A stretch of 63,956 nt of DNA, counting the filler, from Octopus bimaculoides (Eukaryota): NCBI RefSeq assembly GCF_001194135.2. It is 7 parts of 7 records of this genome, joined end to end, with 100 filler letters (N's around TTAATTAATTAA, not from the genome) between each part and the next. Parts side by side here need not be neighbours in the genome. Positions count along the whole stretch, not along the records: positions 29,865 to 53,111 come from NC_068991.1; 6 more parts are not named here. One strand, 5' to 3'. Under the pieces are notes generated by a model. It searched no databases. It saw only the letters and a program-made list of their open reading frames with translations, and had not been told where the DNA came from. Shown here piece by piece: positions 37,957-50,083 of this stretch. The translations under genes were made by a program, and so were the position numbers. The first letter of the stretch is position 1. Every line of letters begins with the position of its first letter.

Positions 37957-38661
37957 CAGTGGTGGCTTGTAGATAAAATTAATTGGGGTGCTGCATCAGA
38001 AAATGTTTAGCCATTGTTTTAATATTGTGTAAATGGAAACAAACATATAAAAAGAAAATTTATACATAAACTTGATCGGTTTGCATTTTAGCCACTGCCA
38101 GATAGTGTATTTAATATGTTCACTGAACACTGTTGTGAATTCCCATCTTGTTTTTCAAAAATCTCCCCTAAATCACAAAATAAGGGGGTAAAATCTGCCC
38201 TATTTTGCAAATCCTGGCAGAACATTGTAGCTGGAAGCAGGATAATAATCCAATTCTACACTTCATCACATTCAAGAATATAGACACATTTTTAAGCACA
38301 ACACATGCGAAGTCAAAAAGAAACACTACCTTTCACCAGCACACCAGGGTCAGCACTATGTGAAACACAGTGCTCTCTTTCCCTAGCATGCAGCTTCCTA
38401 TCTTGGACATGTGAGGATGTGCACAACAGCCAAACACTGCATTGCTGGAACTGAGAAGCGCACAGTTCTGTACAAGGATTTTTGTATTTTTTTCATAAAC
38501 TAGGGGATGGCTACTAATATTAAACTTAAGGATTATATAATGTACAATTATAAAGAAAGAATTAAAGAAAAAAGGACTCATTATATTGAATGTTATCGAT
38601 AATATCGAGTGGAAATAGTGGGTGCTGCAGTTCTGCAGTGCCTATACACAAGCCGCCACTG
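37957..38661. mobile_element. Non-autonomous hAT transposon
   Basis: TIRs cagtggtggcttgt / acaagccgccactg with an 8-bp TSD actgtaac / actgtaat. Confidence 0.8.
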
Positions 38662-39803
38662 ACTGTAATTAACCTAACACTATAGGGTCTTAGCCAACAA
38701 GCCAAGGTCTTGGAGGTTTTCTATATTTTCCTTGGTATAGCTCTGTGTTTCTGGAAAAAACACTTAACTGCAGTTAGTTAACCCTATTTGGGTGTAAATA
38801 AATTCAATGAAATGAGAATATGGTAATTAGTGGGAGCACTATAACTGAAGTGTATTTCAGTTGTTTTGCCCCAGGTCAGCCCTGGTCAAATAGAACTCTA
38901 ATAAAATATTTTTTTTATTGAACTATGGTTAAGTATTTCATCAAAGATTTTATACTTAGCACTTGAATTTTGTAGGGTATGATATGAGGGAGATTTTGTT
39001 GCTATTTCATGCAAGTTGATGAGTTCAAATATAATATGCTTATGGATAGAAGATGATCAACTCTTTTGATACCAGCCTCCCTGAGATTACCCCAATTCTT
39101 TGACCACACTGATCTAAATTTTAACCTTTCATCAAAATTTGATATTAATTTGTTCCAAACACCTGATTAATAATGACAAATTCTTCATTATTTACAAAAT
39201 CAATTAAAACAAAGACAGCATATTTCAATAGAAATCTGGTAACAAACAGGTCATTAATGACAAAATTATTTTACTAAATTCTTCATTGTATTGATTATTA
39301 ATTGCAACAAAGGCAGTGTATTTCAGCTGAAATACACTAATGACAGGTTAATGCCTCCTGTACTGTATTATTTATCCAAAGCCTGAGGCTGTCAAGTAGG
39401 CAAAAATGATATAAAGTTAAACTAAAATCTTTTACAGTATTCACTTTCATTCCCCTAGAATCTGGTGTTGAATCCTGCTGTGGACTGCTTTGTCTTCTAT
39501 CACTGTTATTTGTTATTATGGACTCAATAAAAAATTTCACATATTGAGATAAATTGAAATAAATTTACCATTGATTCTTTGAACTTCATTGTGCAATTTG
39601 TCTGTATTTCAATTCTGGCTGTCCTGTTATGTTTTGGTCACAACTTGTTGCTTAAATAGTTTCATATTTGTATATTTATATTCATGTGGAAGATAGAAAT
39701 GGTGAGTGAGAGATAGAAAGATGAGGTGAGAGATAAAGAGGTGAAGGGATAAGAAAGGAAGTTGATAAAGAGTAGAATACATTATTTTTATTTCCTATTT
39801 TAG

Positions 39804-40001
39804 GACAAGAACACATTATATACTTATGGCCCTGAGTTCCATCACTCAATGACGTTTCCACCTGTCAAGGATACATCAGTGAAAAGTGAAAAACCTGTAA
39901 AGAAAAACAGAAGGTGGATTCTTGCTCAGCAAAAATCTATCCTTCAACGTCATGCACCAGTTCAGAGACCCTCTGAAGGTAGATTGGAAGAGCTATACCA
40001 G
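39804..40001 (+). CDS. CFAP92: CFAP92-like exon
   Basis: Acceptor tttcctattttag, donor CAG|gtattt, phase 0/0; DKNTLYTYGPEFHHSMTFPPV...KKNRRWIL...PSEGRLEELYQ parallels the recalled FTYSQDYLSATVEP...WL...P.I.EL.E. Confidence 0.88.
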
Positions 40002-40964
40002 GTATTTAATTTTAACAGTGCAATTATTTCCAGAATTAAAAAAAAAAATTCAAATAGTTTTAGGTAGTGACTTATAACTCATCAATTGCAGATGTCAATG
40101 TAAGGATGACTTGTTGACAATGATTGACATGGGCTAAAAGACTAAAGAATAGCAGTTCCTTAAATGGATTTCTTGCAGTATTTATTCCAGCTCTTTGTGT
40201 TCTAAGTTCGAATCACACTGAGGTCAACTTTGTCTTTCTTCCTTTCAGGGTTGATAAAGTACCAATCAGTGTGGCAGACTGGCAGAATCATTAGAGTGCT
40301 GAATGGGATACTTAGTGGTCTTTGTTCTGGTTCTTTGTATTAAAGAGGTCAAATCTAGCTGTGGTCCACCAGCCACCATGGAAGGGATTGAATCCTTACC
40401 CAGGTGCACATCTATAGGTAAAGTTGGATAGCATTAGATCCATGGTATTCAACCTACCGAGAGCAGAAAATACCTGATGATGCAGAAATATCAATGAGAA
40501 GGAACAAGTATTTTATTTATGAAATTATAACAATTGTTTTAATAAAAAAAGTACTTTATTCAGTTAAGAATTAAATTGCTAAAGGCTTAATGTGATGAAT
40601 TACAAAGTTTGATGAAAGATCTTTAAACAAACTCAAAATGCAGAACATAATTCTAATTTTATTTTCACCAGAATTTGGTAAATTTATACAAAATTCATGC
40701 AAATACATAAATTAGACAGCTGCTTTTATTCACTTGTTAACTTTCTTTTTAATCTAATGTTTTTTTTAATCCTTAGAATTTTCCCTAAGTCATAATCGTT
40801 CTGTCTTACTTTGTGATATAAAATATAGGCTACATAAACTATGGTGGCTGATATCTGTAAGTTGACAAACTCAGTCAGATTACTAGCCTGGTGTTATATA
40901 TCTTAGGCAAGACAACATTCTTGTAGCTATTGTCACTTATATGAGATCAAAGACAATACACAGT

Positions 40965-40999
<35 letters not shown>

Positions 41000-41019
41000 T
41001 CACCACCACCATTGCAGAC

Positions 41020-41290
41020 ACTTTGGGCAAGTGTCTTCTACCATAGCCTCAGGCCGACTAAAGCCTTGCGGGTGGATTTGATAGATGGAAACTAAAAGAA
41101 ACCCATTGTATATATATATGAGTATGTGTGTATGTGTGTATATCTATGTGTATATGTCTTTGTGTCTGTGTTTGTTTCTCCATCTCTGCTTGACAACTGA
41201 TGTTGGTGTGTTTTGTCTCCGTAACTTAGCAGTTCAGCAAAAGATTTTCATAGAATAAGTACTAGGTTCAAAAATGAGTCCTGGAGTTGA
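41020..41290 (+). mobile_element. SINE family B, 5'-truncated
   Basis: gacactttgggcaagtgtcttcta ... agtactagg body. Confidence 0.85.
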
Positions 41291-41339
41291 TTTGTTTGAC
41301 TAAAACTCCTCGAGGTGGTTTTACGAGTGGTTTTCATGC

Positions 41340-41550
41340 TTTAGGAATGGTTGCTTGTTGCTTGAAGACTAACCTTGTCCAGGGCAACCGTCGACCTCCC
41401 CGAATGAATGAAGACATCATGGAAATTCATGAATTGATCTTGGAGGACCGTCACTAAACAATTGACAAACTTCTTGATATGAATGGTGTGTCCTGGAGTT
41501 CCTGCCAATGAATTTTGAGCAAGGAATTGTGAATGAAAAGAGTTGCAGTA
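41340..41550 (+). mobile_element. Mariner transposase fragment (second HTH)
   Basis: IHELILEDRH*TIDKLLDMNGVSWSSCQ*ILSKEL*MKRVAVKFV. Confidence 0.75.
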
Positions 41551-41709
41551 AAATTTGTGTGTGTGTATTTATCTGTGTGTTTTATGCAATGTGTCTTCAT
41601 GTGTGTGTGTGTGTGTTTGTGTGTGCATTGCACTTATACTTGTTTGAATGTTGCAGTTGAATGTATCAATATTTAATGTCTATTGACATGTGACTATAAG
41701 TGTACACAG

Positions 41710-42090
41710 TGGAGGCGCAATGGCTCAGTGGTTAGGGCAGTGGACTTGCGGTCATAGGATCGCGGTTTCGATTCCCAGACCGGGCGCTGTGAGTGTTTAT
41801 TGAGCGAAAACACCTAAAGCACCACAAGGCTCTGGCAGGGGATGGTGGCGAACCCTGCTGTACTCTTTCCCCACAACTTTCTCTCACTCTTACTTTCTGT
41901 TTCTGTTGTGCCTGTAATTCAAAGGGTCAGCCTTGTCACACTGTGTCACACTGAATCTCCCCGAGAACTACGTTAAGGGTACACGTGTCTGTGGAGTGCT
42001 CAGCCACTTGCACGTTAATTTCACGAGCAGGCTGTTCCGTTGATCGGATCAACTGGAACCCTCGACGTCGTAAGCGACGGAGTACCAATA
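41710..42090 (+). mobile_element. tRNA-derived SINE, third family, apparently full length
   Basis: A box TGGCTCAGTGG and B box GGTTTCGATTCC followed by ~300 bp of non-tRNA body. Confidence 0.85.
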
Positions 42091-42329
42091 CACACAAGTG
42101 TACACAAGAATGTATACGGGCATAAGTATACACGTGTGTATTTGCATGTGCTTATGTATGTGTCATTATGTGAGTATACGCATAATACTTACTATGTATG
42201 TGTGTATAAGGACATATATGTATGTGTATGTTTACATATTAATCGTGTGTATACATATATGTATGTCCAGATGTATGTCCTTTTATATAAGTATATATAT
42301 GTATGCATGTGTGTGTGTACATATATATA

Positions 42330-42544
42330 TATTTTATTCTTTTATTGGTTTCAGTCTTTTGATTGCAGCCATGCTGGAGCACTGCCTTTAGTTGAACAAA
42401 TTGACCCCAGGACTTATTCTTTGAAAGCTTAGTACTTATTCTATCAGTCTGTTTTGCCGGACTGCTAAGTTATGGGGGTGTAAACACACCAACATTGGTT
42501 GTCAAGCGATAGTGGGGGGACAAATACAGACACACAAACATATG

Positions 42545-42589
<45 letters not shown>

Positions 42590-42730
42590 GACAGGCTTCT
42601 TTCAGTTTCTGTCACCAAATCTATTCACAAGGCTTTGGCTGGTCCTAGGATATAGTAGAAGACACTAGCCCAAGGTGCCATGAGGTGGGACTGAACCCAG
42701 AACCATGTGATTGGGAAGCAAGCTTCTTAC
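42330..42730 (-). mobile_element. SINE family B, full length
   Basis: Tail, internal CA microsatellite and head all match other copies. Confidence 0.88.
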
Positions 42731-42807
42731 CAAAGAGCCATGCCCATATATATATATATATATATATACATGCATACATGCATATCTTTATATATATGTG
42801 TATGTTT

Positions 42808-42852
<45 letters not shown>

Positions 42853-43217
42853 TATATATATAAAAATATATATATATATACATATACATACATACATATA
42901 TATATATATATTTGTGTGTGTGTGTGTATGTGTGTATACAAATACATATATGTATATATATATGTACATACACATGCATACATATATATACCTATACAAA
43001 AGTACATACATATGGACATACATATATGTATACACACAAATCATATGTAACCACACATACACATGCACACATATATATGCTTATACACACATACATAGTA
43101 ATATTATGTGTATACTTACACATTGACACATACATAAACACATGCAAATACACACGTGCATACTTATGCCTGTAGGCACCGTGTGTACACTTGTATTAAC
43201 ATGTCAACAGAGATGGA

Positions 43218-44130
43218 ACTCAACTGAGGAAAGAAAACTCCGAATGACCCGTCCTTGTTTTCTTTGCATCGTCTGTCTGGATATTTTGTTGTCCCTTTTT
43301 TGTATCACCTAACTGTCTGGATGTTTTGTGTTTTTGTCTCATTTTTGTATTTTTTTATATATAAAAATATAGTGGCGTACATACACTTTGGTCTCTTATA
43401 TGTAAGTATATATGTATATATCTAAATTTTGTACAACTCTATTATTCTTTCTATTCTTTCATTCTTTCTTCTTTCTATCAGCCCCTTCACACTTACTTCG
43501 TTCTTTCCACTCTTCGTTCTTTTATTCCCTCTCTCTCACATTTCTTGGCCTTCTCTTCATGCTCACCTTCCCTCCTCTTTCACTTCACTCTGTCCCTCTC
43601 ATTTTTTTCTCACCCCTCCTTAATTCTTTTGTCTCTCTGTCTCTACCTCTCTCTCTTCTCTCCCCACGTAGCCGGTGTTTAGCCAAGCCTGACCTTTCTT
43701 TCTTGGTTCGACTACCATCCGTGCAACATCTATATTCCTCCCTGTGCCTGTCAATCTTATGTCCCTGCCATAATGCTTTACTTCCACACACGCCAGTTTA
43801 ATGTAATTCATCCTTTGTTGATGTCTTGTTATTTGTATTTGTGTACCATTTCTCCATTTTTTTTCTTCCTTGTTTTCATACATATTCACTGCTTTCTTCT
43901 AAGGAATCTAGTGCTCTTAGCTTAGTTTTTCCTTGGGGCCGGCCAGATTGGAGCAATCTTGAGTATAACCAGCCGAAGTTGCAAAGATAATCTGGAACTC
44001 GACTGAGGAAAGAAAACTCCGAATGACCTGTCCTTGTTTTCTTTGTATCATCTGTCTGTCTGGATGTTTTGTTGTCCCTTTTTTGTATCACCTAACTGTC
44101 TCGATGTTTTGCGTTCTTGTCCCATTTTTA
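43218..44130 (+). repeat. Partial direct repeat (43218-43350 and 43996-44130), possibly Penelope-like pseudo-LTRs
   Basis: Both contain actgaggaaagaaaactccgaatgacc...gtatcacctaactgtc. The direct repeat is seen; the PLE assignment is inference. Confidence 0.45.
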
Positions 44131-45894
44131 TATATATATATATAATCAGAAAATCATAAATCCGTAAGAGAAGAACATTCTAAGTTGTAGAGCAGTAGAG
44201 TAATTAGATAAAGATAATTATGACCGGTCTATGGGATTACCCTGGGTTTCACATCCCAAAGCACTTGGCTGGCATTTCTTCAAACCCAAGTGTGTTTATT
44301 GGTTTATTTGTATAATTATATCTGTCTCTTTTTCTCTCTCTGTACACGCACACACACACACACACATATGTGTGTGTGTAGAGAGAGAGAGAGAGAGAAT
44401 AAGGGAGAGAGAGAATAAGAGAGAGAGAGACAGAGAGTAAGAGAGAGAGAAAGAGATAACAATGCAAATAGACCAATAAACACACTTGAGCTTGACATAT
44501 AAATTATACATACATACATATGTAAATATATATAGGGATATATATTTGTACATATATATATATATATATATATATANNNNNNNNNNNNNNNNNNNNNNNN
44601 NNNNNNNNNNNNNNNNNNNNNNNNNNNNNNNNNNNNNNNNNNNNNNNNNNNNNNNNNNNNNNNNNNNNNNNNNNNNNNNNNNNNNNNNNNNNNNNNNNNN
44701 NNNNNNNNNNNNNNNNNNNNNNNNNNNNNNNNNNNNNNNNNNNNNNNNNNNNNNNNNNNNNNNNNNNNNNNNNNNNNNNNNNNNNNNNNNNNNNNNNNNN
44801 NNNNNNNNNNNNNNNNNNNNNNNNNNNNNNNNNNNNNNNNNNNNNNNNNNNNNNNNNNNNNNNNNNNNNNNNNNNNNNNNNNNNNNNNNNNNNNNNNNNN
44901 NNNNNNNNNNNNNNNNNNNNNNNNNNNNNNNNNNNNNNNNNNNNNNNNNNNNNNNNNNNNNNNNNNNNNNNNNNNNNNNNNNNNNNNNNNNNNNNNNNNN
45001 NNNNNNNNNNNNNNNNNNNNNNNNNNNNNNNNNNNNNNNNNNNNNNNNNNNNNNNNNNNNNNNNNNNNNNNNNNNNNNNNNNNNNNNNNNNNNNNNNNNN
45101 NNNNNNNNNNNNNNNNNNNNNNNNNNNNNNNNNNNNNNNNNNNNNNNNNNNNNNNNNNNNNNNNNNNNNNNNNNNNNNNNNNNNNNNNNNNNNNNNNNNN
45201 NNNNNNNNNNNNNNNNNNNNNNNNNNNNNNNNNNNNNNNNNNNNNNNNNNNNNNNNNNNNNNNNNNNNNNNNNNNNNNNNNNNNNNNNNNNNNNNNNNNN
45301 NNNNNNNNNNNNNNNNNNNNNNNNNNNNNNNNNNNNNNNNNNNNNNNNNNNNNNNNNNNNNNNNNATATATATATATATATATATAACAAATGAAAGATG
45401 GAAGATGGAATATATGAGAATTTTTTATTAATTAAGACAATTGTTTCAACACATCTAGCATCGATTCCTCTTGGGTGGGACACTCAACAACTTGTTCAGG
45501 AGCATCTGATGGTGCAGATGTATCTCGTCGGGTGATAAATAAATAAATACAACTCACTATACATGTGTGCGTGTGTGTGTGGATATGTGTGTATGTATGA
45601 ATACGTACATGTACATATATGTTTGTGTGTGTATGTGCATGTACGTATATGTGTTTGTGTGAGTGTGTACGTATGTGGACGTTATGAACACAGGAGGTTT
45701 ATGTCTATGTATTGTGAGAATATGGTGTGTATTTTTTATCCTTTTTCTTTTTTCCTTTTATTCTTTTCTACCTATTGGAGTAACTTCCCTTTTATTCAAC
45801 GATTTTTCATAGCATCTATTGCCATTAATAGCTGATGAGAATGAATCATAGCTCTTTGCTCTGACATTTGAAACTCTGAGTGCTATTCTTTTAT

Positions 45895-46099
45895 TTGTTT
45901 CCGTCATTTGACTGCGGCCACACTGGAGCACCGCCTTTAGTTGAGCAAATCGACCCCAGGATTTATTCTTTGTAAGCCTAGTACTTATTCTATCGGTCTC
46001 TTGCCAAACTGCTAAGTGATGGGGACATAAACACACCAGCATCATTTGTCAAGCAATTTTGAGGGGACAATCACAGACACACAAACATATACATACATA

Positions 46100-46147
<48 letters not shown>

Positions 46148-46258
46148 CAATGGGCTTCTTTCAGTTTCCGCCTACCAAATCCACTCACAAGGCTTTGATC
46201 AGCCCGAGGCTATAATAGAAGACACTTGCCCAAGGTGCCACGCAGTGGGACTGAACAT
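45895..46258 (-). mobile_element. SINE family B
   Basis: Matches other copies. Confidence 0.88.
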
Positions 46259-46306
46259 TTTTGTCAATGTTGTTATTATTGTTGTTATCATTAATGGAAT
46301 CCTTAG

Positions 46307-46918
46307 CGGATCTTTTTTAAAACGGGGGCCACATTTTTCATTAACGAAACACTTTGAAACTTGGAACACTGGTAGAATGTGTCATATAAAACATCTTTTT
46401 CTCTTAGTCTTCTTTAAAAAAAAAGAAATCCCTAAGTTATTCCATATTAAAGTTGTCGTATTTCTGTAATTTCAACCAATCACGGACGTCCATTCAGCCG
46501 ATATACATTAAGTGCCGACTACATAAACAAACGATTCTGAAACAATTCTATCGGTGATAGGGTTAGGGTTAGGGTTAGGGTTAGGGTAAAACAGCAAATT
46601 TAAAAAGAAAAAAGCAAATAAAACGAAGAAAAAAAAAGAAAATGGAAAAAGCAAATTTAAAATGAAAAAAGCAAATAAAACGAAGCTATGGCTTAATCAG
46701 CCAAAGGAGTAAATGTAAACAACTGAATACTTGTCAGTGATTGGTTGAAATTATCGAAATAAGACAATTTTTTACATGAAATAAATTCGAATACAAAAAT
46801 ATTTTTCTGTTCTATAACACAAAATAGATAAGTATACGAAGTTTGAAAGTCTTTCGGTACCAAAAACACTACGTAAAACATTAATGAAAAATGTGGCCCC
46901 TGTTTAAAAAAAGATCCG
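46307..46918. mobile_element. TIR element (MITE) with internal (TTAGGG)4
   Basis: ~38-bp TIRs cggatcttttttaaaacgggggccacatttttcattaa / ttaatgaaaaatgtggcccctgtttaaaaaaagatccg; inner inverted pair aatttcaaccaatcac / gtgattggttgaaatt; TTAGGG x4 at 46563-46586. Confidence 0.8.
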
Positions 46919-47221
46919 TATTGAAATGAGAGACCATTTGTGGGAAGGGAAACTAATTTTTTCCTTTTAATCAAGTTAAAAGAGTAGTGAAATTATTGTA
47001 AAGCTAGGACTTATTTTGAATTTAAATCTATTAAAGATTTTATGGAACTTATGAATCTTAGGAAATTATCTTTTGCCTAAATTTAGGAAGGATCTAGTCA
47101 TGTTAGTGCTGACATACATCTTGAAAGGGGTTCTGCCATTTAAATTTCCTGGTATTTCTTGCATTTAAAGTTCCTTGTGAAAGGATACATACATACATAC
47201 ATACATACATACATACATACA

Positions 47222-47252
<31 letters not shown>

Positions 47253-49162
47253 GTGCATGCATGTATCTATATATACACACATACTGGGACTATAAAAATC
47301 TGTAAGACCTTCTTAAGATTTATAGGATGATGGTTAAATCATGGCACTTTCCTTCACAACCTTGCTACCAAGTCGGTAGCCAGTCAAAATTTTGTTCTTG
47401 GTTAAAAAGAGAAAAAATCATTCATACATACATTTCTAAGGTTTCTGCAACTCTGAACCATTCAGTAATGCCTGATTGCTGTTGAGAAAGTATCACGTGT
47501 TCGATCCTTCCTGTCCTTGGTTTTGAATGTCTTCATACGCATGGCTCAACTGTGTTGGGACGATGGAGGGATGATTGTCTTATAGCAGGGATACTGTTGC
47601 TGTAGTTCCTCTTCACCTTCCCTCAGCCATCGATGGTCATCGAGCGGGATTTATGTCTTGGAATTCGAACTTAGAATGAAGAGAGTTGGAATAGATACTG
47701 CATGGGAATCTTGTTTGACAGTCTGACAATTCCGTCTGTCCACCCCCACTGACTACTAATTTATCGAACCCGAAAGGACAAAAGGCAAGATGGAACCCTG
47801 CAAGATTAGAATATCTCTGCACAGAGAATCGGAACGAATACTACAAGATATACCTGACGCCCTAGCGACTCTGCCAGTTCTGACAAACAGACAAATTAAT
47901 GGTGGTGGGTGGGGGGCACAAACATTTCACTTTATTTTTTATTTATGGAAAAAATATAATGAATGTTTTATTTAATTAATTCAAAGGCGTTGGATGACAT
48001 AGTTGGTAGAGTGTCGGAGAAGTTGTAGTTTAGTATTTAGTTACGCCCAGTAACATATTCAACAATTTGAAATCCGTATCAATGATTGTGATATTTGGTG
48101 GTAAATTGTATAACAGAATGGCTACATAAATTTATTTTCCTATTATGAGTTAATTAGTGGTGGGGATTGTTTTTGAAAATGTTGCTCAAATCAAATATTT
48201 CCCTTCCAGTTTTCTTAATTTCGCTGTGTTGGCGTGGTAGGTTATCTTGAAATAGTATTCCATACAGAGTTGTTCCCCTTTATGGAAATATCCAACAGCA
48301 TTTTGTATAGATGAAGAGGCGAGAAGATAAGTTCTTAGTCAAGTATGGAGGCTAATTCAATCGGCAATACCCACCCACCAAATTTATAGCCGCGTGCATT
48401 ATCTAATGAATATTTTTATCTTAAAAACAAAACAAAAAAATAAAGCGAAGAGCAAAAAACAAAATAAAAAAATTTGTCTTCGAAGGGAAATAACTTAAAA
48501 TGGAGTTTATTTCCCCTTGCATAACGCAATTTTATATACAACAGAAATCAATATTTCAGAAGTATGAGTCTAAAAAGAATTAAATCCTAATAAATAACTT
48601 TTAGAAAACAGCAAATATATCGTTCCTATCATTCTTTATGAATTATTATTGGTAGAACCCATCATTTTTTTATAATTCTACAACAATAAATCAAATGCAT
48701 TTAAGCTAACTATTCATCGTGCACGATATGCGAACGCAGCACAATAATAAATTTCCTTGGAGTTGTAAAGAAATGCACAAACATAAGCGTAGTGTTTTGT
48801 AATAATCAAATTATAACCTTACTTCATTTACAATAATTTCTGTTATTTTCAACTGTAGCCTAGATTTGTTGACTTTAAAAGTATCGTCCCTCCTCTATTG
48901 TAGCGTAATTGTCAACTGGATAACGTAATGCATTATCTGCTATTTGCTTTGATTTCTTATCCATTGCAAGATTTTTTCTATTTTTCTCTAAATTTAATGC
49001 AGAGTAGTTCTTCTGCAAATGTTACTTATAACAGATTGGTGTCGTAGTGAAAAAATGGTAACCTTTCACTATTATGACACCACGATTTTCTATAGTATGG
49101 AATAGTTTTCTACGATGTCACGATACAGATAGTAATTTACTATGTTATACATAGTTCTAGAC

Positions 49163-49630
49163 TAGGGGTCGCCAAAGGAGGTCCGAGTGACCTCCTAGGG
49201 ATCGGCGTGGAACTACAGGGGTTCGATAATAGCCAAGGGGTCAAATGGGGGTCGGCATGCGAAAGACCAGCTCACCCAGATGAACTGCTTGAAATACTTA
49301 GTCAGCGCCATGAAAAGTGGGAAAACATGATGCGTTTTCCACATTTTTTAACCGTGCAAACAGTTTTATAAGAATTTAAAGTTTAATACTGTATACTTGT
49401 ACACGTAGTTTTAAATGTAAAAAGTTTGTCATCTTCTATAGAATTTCTTTATTTGTCGTACATTTATATTTTAGCTAACATTTTAATTGCCAGCATTAGT
49501 ACCCGGTACGCATTTAAGATATGGTACGGTACTGTAGGGTGTTAAGATATTTTTAATGAGGAAGGTGGTCGATGCGGAAGGAAAAGTGGCTAAATGGGGT
49601 CGACAATCGAAAAAAATTTGGCGATCCCAG
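49163..49630. mobile_element. hAT (Charlie-like) MITE
   Basis: TIRs taggggtcgccaaa / tttggcgatcccag with an 8-bp TSD ttctagac / ttctagag (NTCTAGAN). Confidence 0.82.
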
Positions 49631-49676
49631 TTCTAGAGGGTCAGTTTCCTACTATAGTTATGGTTTGTTCTACATT

Positions 49677-49796
49677 TTAGAGACGAGGAATCCTGTACAT
49701 TATTTACATAAACCCACGGGCATATAGCATAATGGTTAAGAGCGCGGGCTACTAATCTCAAGATTACGAGTTCAATTCCAGGCAGTGCTTTGAATA

Positions 49797-49827
<31 letters not shown>

Positions 49828-49958
49828 TCGGCAAAACCCAGGGTTGGGTTCAAAATTCTACCAGGACACTTGATGAAGGCAGGAGAGTAAATCAGCCGAA
49901 ACGTTGTGGTAACAACAGACAAGATGGGGACACATATCCGTCCAATGTAAATAATGTA
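49677..49958 (+). mobile_element. Composite element: tRNA-like Pol III head, (AAT)n spacer and minimal hammerhead motif
   Basis: A box 49725-49735, B box 49768-49779; UUGAUGA-A-GGC...GCC-GAAACGUU at 49870-49905; 14-bp inverted repeats 49696-49709 / 49945-49958; flanking imperfect direct repeats 49653-49676 / 49957-49978. Confidence 0.65.
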
Positions 49959-50083
49959 TAGTTATGGTTGTTTACATTATCCTACTTCTGTTTACAATAA
50001 AGAATTCTCACTAACTCAATTTTATTACAATGCTAGACATTATATGAACCGAATCTAATATATTTAAAAAACTGTTCTTGTAG

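Noticed and set aside
41710-41785. tRNA gene (likewise 49718-49790 and the SINE heads)
   Set aside because: A and B boxes are present but acceptor and anticodon stems are broken and a SINE body follows.
46558-46587. True telomere or chromosome fusion site
   Set aside because: Only four perfect units, enclosed within a TIR element.
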